Positions 9,159 through 18,029 of a stretch of DNA of 32,000 nt are shown one piece after another (position 1 is the stretch's first letter; each line of letters opens with the position of its first letter). The notes below the pieces were generated by a model that saw only the letters and a program-made list of their open reading frames with translations, was not told the origin of the DNA and ran no database searches. This stretch comes from Candidatus Saccharimonadota bacterium (GTDB taxonomy: Bacteria; Patescibacteriota; Patescibacteriia; 2-12-FULL-60-25): the NCBI GenBank assembly GCA_016699205.1, contig CP064964.1, positions 480,001-512,000 on the forward strand, read 5' to 3'. A program made the position numbers and the translations under genes.

Positions 9159-10628
9159 TCAGATCTCGAGACCCAGAAGGACCTGGACGAGACCGTCGGC
9201 TGCTGTTGCTGTTGCCGGTCGGAACGAGGCACCGCCCGCACCACGAATGGTGAAGACGATCGCTGGATCGTTGACGTCGGGCGATGAGGCGATCCTTCCA
9301 TCCACGACGCGCAAGCGCCCGTGAATGGCGAGTTCGAGGTAGGCGCCGTGAAAGGAGTGGGCACTTTGCATGGTCGGCCGGAAGCGATCCGAGCCCAGGT
9401 AGCCAAAGCCGATCGAGAGCTCCTGAATCACGTAGTACGAGAGTCCTCCGTGATACCAGATACGCGCCGGCGTGGCATATGGGCTGAAGTCGGGTCCGTC
9501 GTAGGTGACGCCGACGCCGCCCTCCATGTAGAAACCGCGATAGAGCGGAAGCAGTACCGTCGCTTCGAAACCGATACCGGCCGGCGTCGAGGCGAGTCCG
9601 CCGCGCATCTGCGCGAGCGTCGGGTGGAGCGGCGTGAAGCCGACCCAACCGAGCAGCGAGAGCCGCAAGCGCGGGCGCCACCCGTCACCAAAGAGCGTAG
9701 GGTGCTCGTCGGGACGGCGCGTGGGCATCGGAGATGAATCCGACGACGTACGCGAGGACGAGCCGACGGGCTCGATGCCCGAGCGGGCATCGGCTCCTGG
9801 GCACTCGTAATCGACACGTCGCATTCCCTCGTAGACCCAGCGGCCTTCATGGCCAGGCGCGATCTCCGGATGGAATGTCGGGGCGCTCGAGGTGTACGTG
9901 ACGCGTTCGGCGCCGAGCTCGAGGCAGCGTAGACGCGCGGACTGCCGCTCCAAGCTCGCGAGCATCTGGCTGACCAGATCCTCCTGCAAGAAGTAACGCT
10001 CGCGCGTTCGCTCGTCCAAAAGACGGATGGCCTCGATGCGCTCATCGCGCTCCGACGTGATGCGACGATCGAGACCCTCGTCTGCTTCCGTGCGAGCGTC
10101 ATACTCGTCGCGGATCATCCGAGCGAGTTCGGCACCTTCTGGCGTTCGGCAGATGCCGAGTCGTAGCGTGCCGTCCGGCATGAGGATCACGGACTCCGCG
10201 TCCCAGATGCCACGCTGACGCGCGCAGATGCCACGGGCTCGTGCCTGTGCTTCACGCTCGCGCTCCTCGGCTGTGGGCCGAGGAGCACGAGGTTCGGGGT
10301 CTGCGTCGGCCGTTGCGGCTGCGACGACCGGAGCTGCCGGAGCTTCGCAGCCGACGGCCGCACGGCCGCAAGCGTCGCAGAACGCCGCCATGATCTCGGT
10401 GGTGCGCGGCTCGAGTCCGTGACACTCCTCGACGTTGGCAATGCACTGCGGGATGGTTGCATCGGTGACGCAGAGCTCGTACCGACGCGCGCATGCGTCC
10501 ATGCATGCGGCGAGCGGATCGAGCGACTCGAGAAGTCCCGAGTCGGTGCCGGCGTCGTCCTGGGCGGAAACCCCGGAGACGACGGCGAGCTGGCAAATCA
10601 CGAGAAACAGGAACTGGGTGAAACGCAT
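9159..10628 (-). CDS. Exported Cys-rich/coiled-coil protein with OMP-like C-terminal beta-barrel region (island paralog 1)
   Basis: 489-aa GC3-rich ORF preceded by a strong SD (AAGGAGG). Signal peptide MRFTQFLFLVICQLAVVSGVSAQ, a 9-Cys N-terminal region and a charged helical middle. The C-terminal ~170 aa have alternating hydrophobic strands (GWRPRLRLSLLGWVGF, IGFEATVLLPLYRGFYMEGGVGVTY, HSFHGAYLELAIHGRLRV). Confidence 0.7.
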   Translation of the reverse strand: MRFTQFLFLVICQLAVVSGVSAQDDAGTDSGLLESLDPLAACMDACARRYELCVTDATIPQCIANVEECHGLEPRTTEIMAAFCDACGRAAVGCEAPAAPVVAAATADADPEPRAPRPTAEEREREAQARARGICARQRGIWDAESVILMPDGTLRLGICRTPEGAELARMIRDEYDARTEADEGLDRRITSERDERIEAIRLLDERTRERYFLQEDLVSQMLASLERQSARLRCLELGAERVTYTSSAPTFHPEIAPGHEGRWVYEGMRRVDYECPGADARSGIEPVGSSSRTSSDSSPMPTRRPDEHPTLFGDGWRPRLRLSLLGWVGFTPLHPTLAQMRGGLASTPAGIGFEATVLLPLYRGFYMEGGVGVTYDGPDFSPYATPARIWYHGGLSYYVIQELSIGFGYLGSDRFRPTMQSAHSFHGAYLELAIHGRLRVVDGRIASSPDVNDPAIVFTIRGAGGASFRPATATAADGLVQVLLGLEI

Positions 10629-10758
10629 GTCGCCTCCTTGGCTCTGTGCAAGGTCCGACTTCCGGACCCTGAGGCCGCCTGATCGATCGCCACCGGAGGA
10701 GGTAGACGAGGATCAGGCGAACTCAAGGCCGGAAGGATTACCCGGGTGGTAACGGCTT

Positions 10759-10787
10759 TAATTACGATAAAATAATGGTTTTGTCAA
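10759..10787 (-). promoter_or_regulatory. Sigma70-like promoter, TTGACAAAA -35 box, for gene 9159..10628
   Basis: Minus strand reads TTGACA (10787-10782), a 17-nt AT-rich spacer, then TAATTA. It sits in a short AT-rich patch inside GC-rich DNA, ~125 nt upstream of the ATG. Confidence 0.5.
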
Positions 10788-10816
10788 CCCCACCGCAGAG
10801 CTTAGCGAAAACGAAA

Positions 10817-10846
10817 GCGCCCACCCCAGTAAGTCAGGGTGGGCGC
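10817..10846 (-). terminator. GC-rich terminator hairpin of the 190-aa lipoprotein gene (same module as 9113..9142)
   Basis: GCGCCCACCC/GGGTGGGCGC forms a 10-bp stem, flanked by CTGATC on the 5' side and TTTCGTTTTCG on the 3' side of the minus strand. Confidence 0.7.
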
Positions 10847-10875
10847 GATCAGAGATGCCCTTGCGGGCGAAGGAG

Positions 10876-11448
10876 CTAGAGGAGCGAGGAGCAGAGCGGC
10901 AGACGCAGGACGTACCCGCCACCAGGCGAGACGGCCGTCGTCACGATGCTCGAGACGTCCTCGGGGGCGCCGGTCGCGTCGGGGTCGTACCAGACCTCGA
11001 TGCGGACGTTGCGCGACATGGCGGTCGAACCCGCCGGGATGGCCGCGTAGTCGCCGGAGGAGCAGCGGAACCCGAGATCGACCTCGGCGCCGACCCACTC
11101 GGGACGGACGCGCTGGTCGATGTCCGAGCCCGGCGTGTAGACCGTGCCGGTGACCGGCAGGCTGTACGCCGTCGGATCCCAGCCGCTGGCGCAGGAGCCG
11201 AGCGGGCCGTTGGCGGCGTCGAGCACCGTCACGCGGAAGCGCGTCGGGCTCATGCCGTCGGCGCCGCAGTGGCGCCAGGGGGTCGGAGGCGACGTGGTCG
11301 TGGCCGCGTCGGCGAGGACCGTCGGGCCGCTGTCACCCACGGGGGTGACGCCGGCATCCGTGCCGTACGTGGGGCCGTCGGGGCTGGTGTTGCAGCCGGA
11401 GACGAGCGCGACGAGGACGAACGAGACGATGGTGAGGGTGTTCTTCAT
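10876..11448 (-). CDS. Small lipoprotein of unknown function (island)
   Basis: The start was moved to ATG 11448, giving MKNTLTIVSFVLVALVSGC with a lipobox (LVSGC). 190 aa, GC3-rich, with a Thr/Pro-rich linker followed by a probable beta-rich domain. Confidence 0.65.
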   Translation of the reverse strand: MKNTLTIVSFVLVALVSGCNTSPDGPTYGTDAGVTPVGDSGPTVLADAATTTSPPTPWRHCGADGMSPTRFRVTVLDAANGPLGSCASGWDPTAYSLPVTGTVYTPGSDIDQRVRPEWVGAEVDLGFRCSSGDYAAIPAGSTAMSRNVRIEVWYDPDATGAPEDVSSIVTTAVSPGGGYVLRLPLCSSLL

Positions 11449-11640
11449 GATCTTCTGGATCCCTTCTTCATGCCCGATGCGTCGGAGCCGCGTTGATTGT
11501 TTTCGGTTTTGAACTGGAACGTTTGGTTTGAACAAATCTCGCGATTTGTACTCCCCTCGAAGGCCATCAGGTTGATGATGAACTTTGAGGGAAGGAGCAC
11601 CGGTAGAAACCAGTGCTCACTTTCCAGAGTGTGCTTGCCC

Positions 11641-12852
<1,212 letters not shown>

Positions 12853-12994
12853 CTGGACCTCAGCCTTTCTCCCGCTCACGCGAGAGCGAGAATCGAGCAG
12901 TTCTGGTAAGTCACATGACCCACCATCTGGATCTATTAGCCGATACTGGATTCCCGTCTTCACGGGAATGACAGCTACTAAAGCCGGATGGTGT

Positions 12995-13034
12995 GGGGGC
13001 CCGCTCGATCTACAGATGTAGAGAGCGGGCCCCC
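12995..13034 (-). terminator. Long GC hairpin downstream of gene 13045..14505
   Basis: GGGGGCCCGCTC/GAGCGGGCCCCC forms a 12-bp stem enclosing an inner tctaca/tgtaga stem. There is no clear U tract, so it may be a partial terminator or a processing site. Confidence 0.5.
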
Positions 13035-13044
13035 GAGCAGTTGT

Positions 13045-14505
13045 TCAGAACGAGACGCCGCCGCCCAGTGAGAGGACGTAGCCGACTCCATCGACACCGA
13101 CGAAGTGATCGACGTTGGGACGTCGGACCTCGGTGTGGGTGTAGTCGAGGCCGGCCGTGCCCTCGATGTGCAGCCACGGAAGCGGGTTCACCCGAAGGCG
13201 AACTTCCCCACCGAGCTGGAACACGGGCCAGGTGTGCAGGCTGCGACCGATCTGGCCGCCGGGGTTGAACACGGCGGAGGCCGCGAGACCGACGTCGAGG
13301 GCGAACATCTCGTCGAAGCGGAAGGTTGCGCCTGCCGATCCGCCAAAGATGCCCTCGTCACCGATCGTGCCGTCCGGGTTGAACTGGCCGATTCGATCGA
13401 GGAGGTTGCCCGCCCCGACGTATCCGCGCAGGAAGAACCCGAAGTGCTCGACCGGAAGGGCCTCGATCTCGGCGTACACCACTCCGTGAGGAGCGAGGAT
13501 GCCGGCCGGAGCCGTGATGCCGAGACCATGGAAGGCCAGGCCGAGGTGGAAGCGGAGATGCCAGCCATTGCCGGAACCGACGCTGTCACGCAGGTAGTCC
13601 TCGCGAGCTGCGAGACATGCCTGCATCACCTGGTCGCGCGTCATCGTCGGATAGTCGTCCGGGTCGATGTCGCAGATGACCGAGAGGCCACCTTCGAGAG
13701 CGCCTAGCCGCGTCAGGATCGAGGTGATCTGTCCACGCATGGTGTTCAGATCGCCGCGGAACTCGTCGAGGTCACGACGGAACTCGTCGAAGCTGTTGCA
13801 GAAGCCGGCCCATGCCGCATCCCGGACCACGCCTTCCGGCAGGGTCGGGCTGCAGTAGTAGGTGAGGAACGCGTAGTTGCGTCCCACATCCTCAAGGTCG
13901 TCTTCTGCTTCCTCGCGAGCGATCGGAGGAGCTGCCGGATTGGAGTAGTCGACACAGTGAATGATCACCAGCGTGACTCCGGGCTCGGCGCGCCGTCGGC
14001 TCTCGCCTTCGGAACGCGCACGATTCCAGGGAACCTCCACGGGCTCCGTGCCGTCCTCGCAGATGACCTGTCGATTCCACCCGCGACCTTCCATGTGATG
14101 GGGGCCACGAGCTTCCACGACGAGTCGGCGACGAGTACGCGGAGCGCTGGGCGCTTCCGGATCACGGGGGCAGACCTCGACCTCGCGGCACATGGTGAAG
14201 GCCTCGCGGACTTCGCCCATATTGGTGAAGTGCGGCCGGCCGCCCGTGCCGTTCAGGCGATCGTAGAGCGTCTCGTAGAACGTCATGACAGTTCGATCTG
14301 CATCGACACAGGTGTTGGTGAGGGCCGCTGCATCGTCGAGGCTGATCGTGCCGTCCTCGTACAGCTCGTTGAAGTGCTGGAGACAGGGCGGGGACGCTCC
14401 CTCGGGGGGAACGATACGATCCTGAGCGTCCGCGATGGACGCGAGGCCGAGGGTGAGCACGAAGCCGATCGCGAACGAGACGAGGAACAGGTTGGTGGTC
14501 TTCAT
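13045..14505 (-). CDS. Exported Cys-containing/coiled-coil protein with OMP-like C-terminal beta-barrel region (island paralog 2)
   Basis: 486-aa GC3-rich ORF with SD GGAGAGGAG and signal peptide MKTTNLFLVSFAIGFVLTLGLASIADAQ. A helical segment (FDEFRRDLDEFRGDLNTMRGQITSILTRL) precedes C-terminal alternating strands (GWHLRFHLGLAFHGLG, HTWPVFQLGGEVRLRV). The protein ends ...GYVLSLGGGVSF with a terminal Phe, like an OMP beta-signal. Confidence 0.7.
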   Translation of the reverse strand: MKTTNLFLVSFAIGFVLTLGLASIADAQDRIVPPEGASPPCLQHFNELYEDGTISLDDAAALTNTCVDADRTVMTFYETLYDRLNGTGGRPHFTNMGEVREAFTMCREVEVCPRDPEAPSAPRTRRRLVVEARGPHHMEGRGWNRQVICEDGTEPVEVPWNRARSEGESRRRAEPGVTLVIIHCVDYSNPAAPPIAREEAEDDLEDVGRNYAFLTYYCSPTLPEGVVRDAAWAGFCNSFDEFRRDLDEFRGDLNTMRGQITSILTRLGALEGGLSVICDIDPDDYPTMTRDQVMQACLAAREDYLRDSVGSGNGWHLRFHLGLAFHGLGITAPAGILAPHGVVYAEIEALPVEHFGFFLRGYVGAGNLLDRIGQFNPDGTIGDEGIFGGSAGATFRFDEMFALDVGLAASAVFNPGGQIGRSLHTWPVFQLGGEVRLRVNPLPWLHIEGTAGLDYTHTEVRRPNVDHFVGVDGVGYVLSLGGGVSF

Positions 14506-14624
14506 GGGAACTCCTCTCCGAACCTTCCGGCCCGGTGGTCTGTGACCCCGGGTGGAGGTCGGGTTGATCGTTCTGAATCTGAAACTTGGAAATAGCGAGA
14601 ACCTGTCATTATTGACCGGTCCTT

Positions 14625-14654
14625 GAGCCGTCCCGCCAGGAGACGGAACGGCTC
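14625..14654 (-). promoter_or_regulatory. 13-bp stem-loop in the long 5' UTR of gene 13045..14505
   Basis: Minus-strand GAGCCGUUCCGUC-UCCU-GGCGGGACGGCUC forms 13 bp including two G.U pairs. No U tract follows. Confidence 0.5.
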
Positions 14655-14697
14655 AAATACCTGTCTTAGGCACGATTAGCCATTGAAAGAACGTATT

Positions 14698-14726
14698 ACA
14701 ATATCACTTTTTAAGCTTTTTGTCAA
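14698..14726 (-). promoter_or_regulatory. Sigma70-like promoter (proximal copy), TTGACAAAAAGC...TGaTATTGT
   Basis: TTGACA (14726-14721), a 17-nt spacer ending in TGa, then -10 TATTGT (14703-14698). Confidence 0.6.
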
Positions 14727-14821
14727 GGCTTATAAACAATGACTTTGTCGAAGGTTTAACAGCCTCAGACCTTAGCCTTTTTCTCGTAAAATCGGGTATT
14801 TCCAGCGCTAATTAACAACAT

Positions 14822-14850
14822 AATATAACACGTTTTTGGCTTTTTGTCAA
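14822..14850 (-). promoter_or_regulatory. Sigma70-like promoter (distal copy), TTGACAAAAAGC...TGtTATATT
   Basis: TTGACA (14850-14845), a 17-nt spacer ending in TGt, then -10 TATATT (14827-14822). About 22 of 29 nt are identical to the proximal copy. Confidence 0.6.
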
Positions 14851-14897
14851 TAAAACATTCATTAAACGCAAGTTAGCCAAAATCGCTAAAAACAGAA

Positions 14898-14932
14898 CAC
14901 GACCCCTCCGCCAGCGTGGCAAAGGGGTCGTG
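14898..14932 (-). terminator. Rho-independent terminator of gene 14945..15505
   Basis: cacgacccct/aggggtcgtg forms a 10-bp stem followed by TTCTGTTTTT on the minus strand. Confidence 0.7.
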
Positions 14933-14944
14933 CAGAGATAGTTG

Positions 14945-15505
14945 CTAGTCGCCGCGGCCGACTAGCCTGAGATGGGACGGAGTCGCCCTCATCCGCTTGG
15001 TGGGACGGGTGTTGCGAACGGCTTCCCCGAGGGAAGCGGGCTTGGCCGGCTTATGGTCGCGGATCCAGCCCTCGGCAGAGGGATGGCGCTGCGCGACGAA
15101 GAGAACGATCTCCTCGATGCGCTCGAGCGCCTCCAGATGAGCCTCTTCCTGCTTGCTGCCCGCGGCGCAGGCATCGACATTGCGCTTGAGACGCATCATC
15201 AGACGGATGAGACCGCCCTCGGGGCAGTTGTGGAAGTCGACGATGTGGAGCGCGTTGGCGAGGAGTGCCTCGCGGACGCGTGTGTCGGCGAGCTTGATGT
15301 CGGGCCGGAAGCCCTTGAGAACCTCCTCGGGGAACCATCGGCTCAGGCAGACGATGGCCCAGACGAAGTCGCCGCACTCCTCGAGCGGGAGATGCTCGAC
15401 GAAGGGGGCCGAAACGCCGTTGACGACGTTGATTTCCGGCATCACGAGGTCGCGCAGCGCGGGCGAAATTACCTTGGTCCAAAAGGAACGATCCCGATTT
15501 TCCAT
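14945..15505 (-). CDS. Cytoplasmic orphan protein (island), unknown function
   Basis: The start was moved to ATG 15505 (MENRDRSFW), which has SD GAGGAG and lies downstream of the predicted TSS. 186 aa, relatively GC-rich, no signal peptide, basic C-terminal tail (RNTRPTKRMRATPSHLRLVGRGD). I recognise no motif. Confidence 0.55.
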   Translation of the reverse strand: MENRDRSFWTKVISPALRDLVMPEINVVNGVSAPFVEHLPLEECGDFVWAIVCLSRWFPEEVLKGFRPDIKLADTRVREALLANALHIVDFHNCPEGGLIRLMMRLKRNVDACAAGSKQEEAHLEALERIEEIVLFVAQRHPSAEGWIRDHKPAKPASLGEAVRNTRPTKRMRATPSHLRLVGRGD

Positions 15506-15531
15506 GATTCTCCTCTTCTCGGGGACCAAAA

Positions 15532-15560
15532 AATATATCAAAATATTGCGATTTTGTCAA
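15532..15560 (-). promoter_or_regulatory. Sigma70 consensus-like promoter for gene 14945..15505
   Basis: TTGACA (15560-15555), a 17-nt spacer ending in TGa, then TATATT (15537-15532). It lies immediately after the terminator of the upstream gene. Confidence 0.65.
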
Positions 15561-15569
15561 TGGATACAA

Positions 15570-15590
15570 AAGAACCCCGGAGGGGTTCTT
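15570..15590 (-). terminator. Rho-independent terminator of the E/K-rich gene
   Basis: AAGAACCCC-TCC-GGGGTTCTT followed by TTGT on the minus strand. It overlaps the stop codon by 2 nt. Confidence 0.65.
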
Positions 15591-17418
15591 AGGCGGCTTT
15601 CTTAACTAACTTTGGACGTGCTTTCTTTGGACTAACTTCCTCGATACCCATGATTTTGTCGGCTTCTGCTATGCGGGCCTTGGCCTCTTGGTCGCCATCC
15701 ATGTCGTAGAAGGCGCGGTCGAGGACATAAGCGGTGGCGAGATCGCGCGTGCCAAAGACCTCTTGCAAGGCGTCGAGCTGATCCTGTTCCATCCCCTGCA
15801 TGCGAGCGGCAATGCTGTTCCAGAGTTCGGCGGCACGCGGGTATTCTTTGCGAACCGTGTTGATGTCTGCCGCGCGTTCCTTTTGGAACTCGAGCGTGAC
15901 GCTTTCTTCTTCCTTCACATCCTTAGGCATCGAGGGCGATTCTGCCTCCGGTTGATAGAGTCGGACCGGCTCGGCACGCGACATGGCGTCGCTGATGCTA
16001 CCGGTACCCATCGAGACTTTGCGGGATGGGACGCGGCTCATCGGACGTTTGGCACGAATCTCTTTTTCATCTTGGATGACACCACCTTCTGCGTTGCGGA
16101 CAACGCCGCTCTTATAGTCTTGATCGATAGCGGCGACTTCCGGATTCTCAGCGATGAACTCGCGATCCGTAGCCTGCTGCGCTGCTTCTTCCACATCGAT
16201 TCTCTGGCGCTTACCTTTGGCCGATAAGCTCTGCATCAAGTCGGGCTTCACACCCATGACTTCACGGTCTACTTCTTCCAGTTTTTTCCCGGACTCGATC
16301 CAACTGTCCAGTAAATCATACGTTGGAACATTGGCGAGCTTCGCCAAACCGCGGCGGATGCGCGTCATGAAACCGCCATTCAATACGAGCTTCTCGTATG
16401 CATCCTCCGGCTCCATGCCCGTAAGATCGCGTAAACGATTGCCGGTTGCGGCGTGCTCGGCTTCCAACTTCTTTAGCTTGGCAAGAGAGCGTTTGCGGGC
16501 TGGGTCCGTCTCTGCAGACGCGCGCTCGGCGCTGACATTGGCTTGGATGCGCTTGCCAGCTTCCGCGCGTTCCTGCTTGGACTGGACTTCCTTTTGGTAT
16601 TTTTCCAAGGCTTCACGGCTGACTTCACGAGCTTTTTGCATGCTCTCGGCTTTCGCCGATGGCTGTTTCAGAAGCTCGGAAGTCTTGGCTTCCGTTTCCT
16701 CGATATCGCGCTTGATGCGCTCGGCCCATTCTTTATCCAGCTCCTCCATCTCCTTGCGAGCGATTTCCTGCTTTTGATTCTCGTTCTCAAGGTCAACCAA
16801 TTCCTTCACCATTTCTTGGCGAGGATTCATGGAGACCGTCTCCTGCTTTTTCGCGCGCTTCTTGGGCTTCTCAACATAACCAAGAACCTCTTCTTCCATC
16901 ATGCGCTTGCTCTCAATATCCTGGAGCTCCGAGACAAGGGCCATGGTGTCAACCTTCTCTGGCTTAGGCTCTGCATCGATCGCATCGGCCATTTTGGAAA
17001 TCGTTTCCTTCACGGATTTACGCTCGTCTTCTTTCAATAAGTCATTGATCACTTTCTCTTGAGCAACTTCACGCGAAACGCGCTCGCGACGTTTGGCGGG
17101 CTCGAGAGCTGCACGGGCATTCTCAAAATCGCTTTTGCCTGTCATTTTCAAAAATTGCTTCTTTTTCTCTTCTTTCAACATGCTTTCTGCAGCCTCATGC
17201 GCTGTAAAAGCCTGCTCTTCATTCATAGCGCCAAGACGCTCGCGTAAAGCCGCTTCCTCCATCTCCTCTTTCATTGCGGAAGAGGTCTCGGCTTGGAATC
17301 GTTCGGCTTTTTGCCCTCGACTCTCTTTTCGTTTTTTGGGAGATTGTTCCGCACCGGGCAAATCTTGCCGGCTTGGCATTTTAGGCACATCTTCAAACTT
17401 CTTCATTTTGCGTGGCAT
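15589..17418 (-). CDS. Glu/Lys-rich, largely helical protein of unknown function
   Basis: 609 aa from ATG 17418 (MPRKMKKFEDV). The GTG at 17442 lies upstream of the predicted -10 (TGTTATACT, 17441-17433). The sequence is low-complexity and charged, with no motif I recognise. Confidence 0.55.
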   Translation of the reverse strand: MPRKMKKFEDVPKMPSRQDLPGAEQSPKKRKESRGQKAERFQAETSSAMKEEMEEAALRERLGAMNEEQAFTAHEAAESMLKEEKKKQFLKMTGKSDFENARAALEPAKRRERVSREVAQEKVINDLLKEDERKSVKETISKMADAIDAEPKPEKVDTMALVSELQDIESKRMMEEEVLGYVEKPKKRAKKQETVSMNPRQEMVKELVDLENENQKQEIARKEMEELDKEWAERIKRDIEETEAKTSELLKQPSAKAESMQKAREVSREALEKYQKEVQSKQERAEAGKRIQANVSAERASAETDPARKRSLAKLKKLEAEHAATGNRLRDLTGMEPEDAYEKLVLNGGFMTRIRRGLAKLANVPTYDLLDSWIESGKKLEEVDREVMGVKPDLMQSLSAKGKRQRIDVEEAAQQATDREFIAENPEVAAIDQDYKSGVVRNAEGGVIQDEKEIRAKRPMSRVPSRKVSMGTGSISDAMSRAEPVRLYQPEAESPSMPKDVKEEESVTLEFQKERAADINTVRKEYPRAAELWNSIAARMQGMEQDQLDALQEVFGTRDLATAYVLDRAFYDMDGDQEAKARIAEADKIMGIEEVSPKKARPKLVKKAA

Positions 17419-17439
17419 AGGAGAATGCCGCCAGTATAA

Positions 17440-17469
17440 CACAAATCCCGCCGATCGGCGGGATTTGTG
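17440..17469 (-). terminator. Rho-independent terminator after rplT
   Basis: Perfect 13-bp inverted repeat cacaaatcccgcc-gatc-ggcgggatttgtg, 12 nt downstream of the rplT stop. Confidence 0.75.
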
Positions 17470-17480
17470 TGGATGATTGC

Positions 17481-17819
17481 TTAGGCTTTGACAAGCTTAG
17501 CAAAGACTTCCGGGTGTTTCATGGCAATCTCAGCGAGAACCTTGCGGTCGAGCTCAATGTTGCGCTTTTTCAAGCTGTCCATGAATTTGGAATAGATTGT
17601 TCCGTTCAAACGGGCGGCGGCGTTGATACGCATCTGCTGAAGACCGCGATTGTCGCGCTTCTTGAGTTTGCGTCCGACGTAGGCGTTGCGGCCACTCTTT
17701 GTGGCAGCTGTCTTGGCGAGCGTGATCTTGGATTTGCGGCCCCACATCATGCCCTTTGTACGGGCAAGAATATTCTTGCGGCGCTTGATGCGGTGTGTAC
17801 CGCGCTTAACACGAGGCAT
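17481..17819 (-). CDS. rplT: 50S ribosomal protein L20
   Basis: MPRVKRGTHRIKRRKNILARTKG... is the canonical L20 N-terminus. 112 aa. Confidence 0.95.
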   Translation of the reverse strand: MPRVKRGTHRIKRRKNILARTKGMMWGRKSKITLAKTAATKSGRNAYVGRKLKKRDNRGLQQMRINAAARLNGTIYSKFMDSLKKRNIELDRKVLAEIAMKHPEVFAKLVKA

Positions 17820-17824
17820 AGGAG

Positions 17825-18019
17825 TTAGGAGGCGTTAATAAGTGACTTGATCGTGCGGACGTAGACCTTGGCGACGGAGATGTCGCGGCGCTTGTTGCGG
17901 GTCGTGGTGCCGGATTCACGGCTGTTGAAGTGACCCTGACCGCCCTTGCGCTTGAGCAGCTTGCCCGTCTTGGTGATGACCACGCGTTTGCGGAGGGTCT
18001 TGGATGTTTTCTGTTTCAT
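17825..18019 (-). CDS. rpmI: 50S ribosomal protein L35
   Basis: The start was trimmed to ATG 18019, giving MKQKTSKTLRKRVVITKTGKLLKRKGGQGHFNS... (64 aa), which is typical L35. It sits between infC and rplT. Confidence 0.9.
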   Translation of the reverse strand: MKQKTSKTLRKRVVITKTGKLLKRKGGQGHFNSRESGTTTRNKRRDISVAKVYVRTIKSLINAS

Positions 18020-18029
18020 ATGAATAGGT

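Noticed and set aside
14765-14821. 18-codon mini-ORF (MLLISAGNTRFYEKKAKV) right after the distal promoter.
   Set aside because: Its ATG starts immediately after the -10 hexamer, upstream of where transcription would begin. It is therefore unlikely to be in the transcript.
17419-17442. GTG start at 17442 for the E/K-rich protein.
   Set aside because: It lies upstream of the predicted extended -10 element (17441-17433) and inside the base of the rplT terminator. ATG 17418 fits the short-leader pattern of the other backbone genes.
17461-17480. DnaA-box-like TGTGGATGA near 17468, considered as a possible origin of replication.
   Set aside because: It is a single imperfect box overlapping the 3' end of the rplT terminator (17440-17469), with no cluster of boxes and no AT-rich unwinding element.
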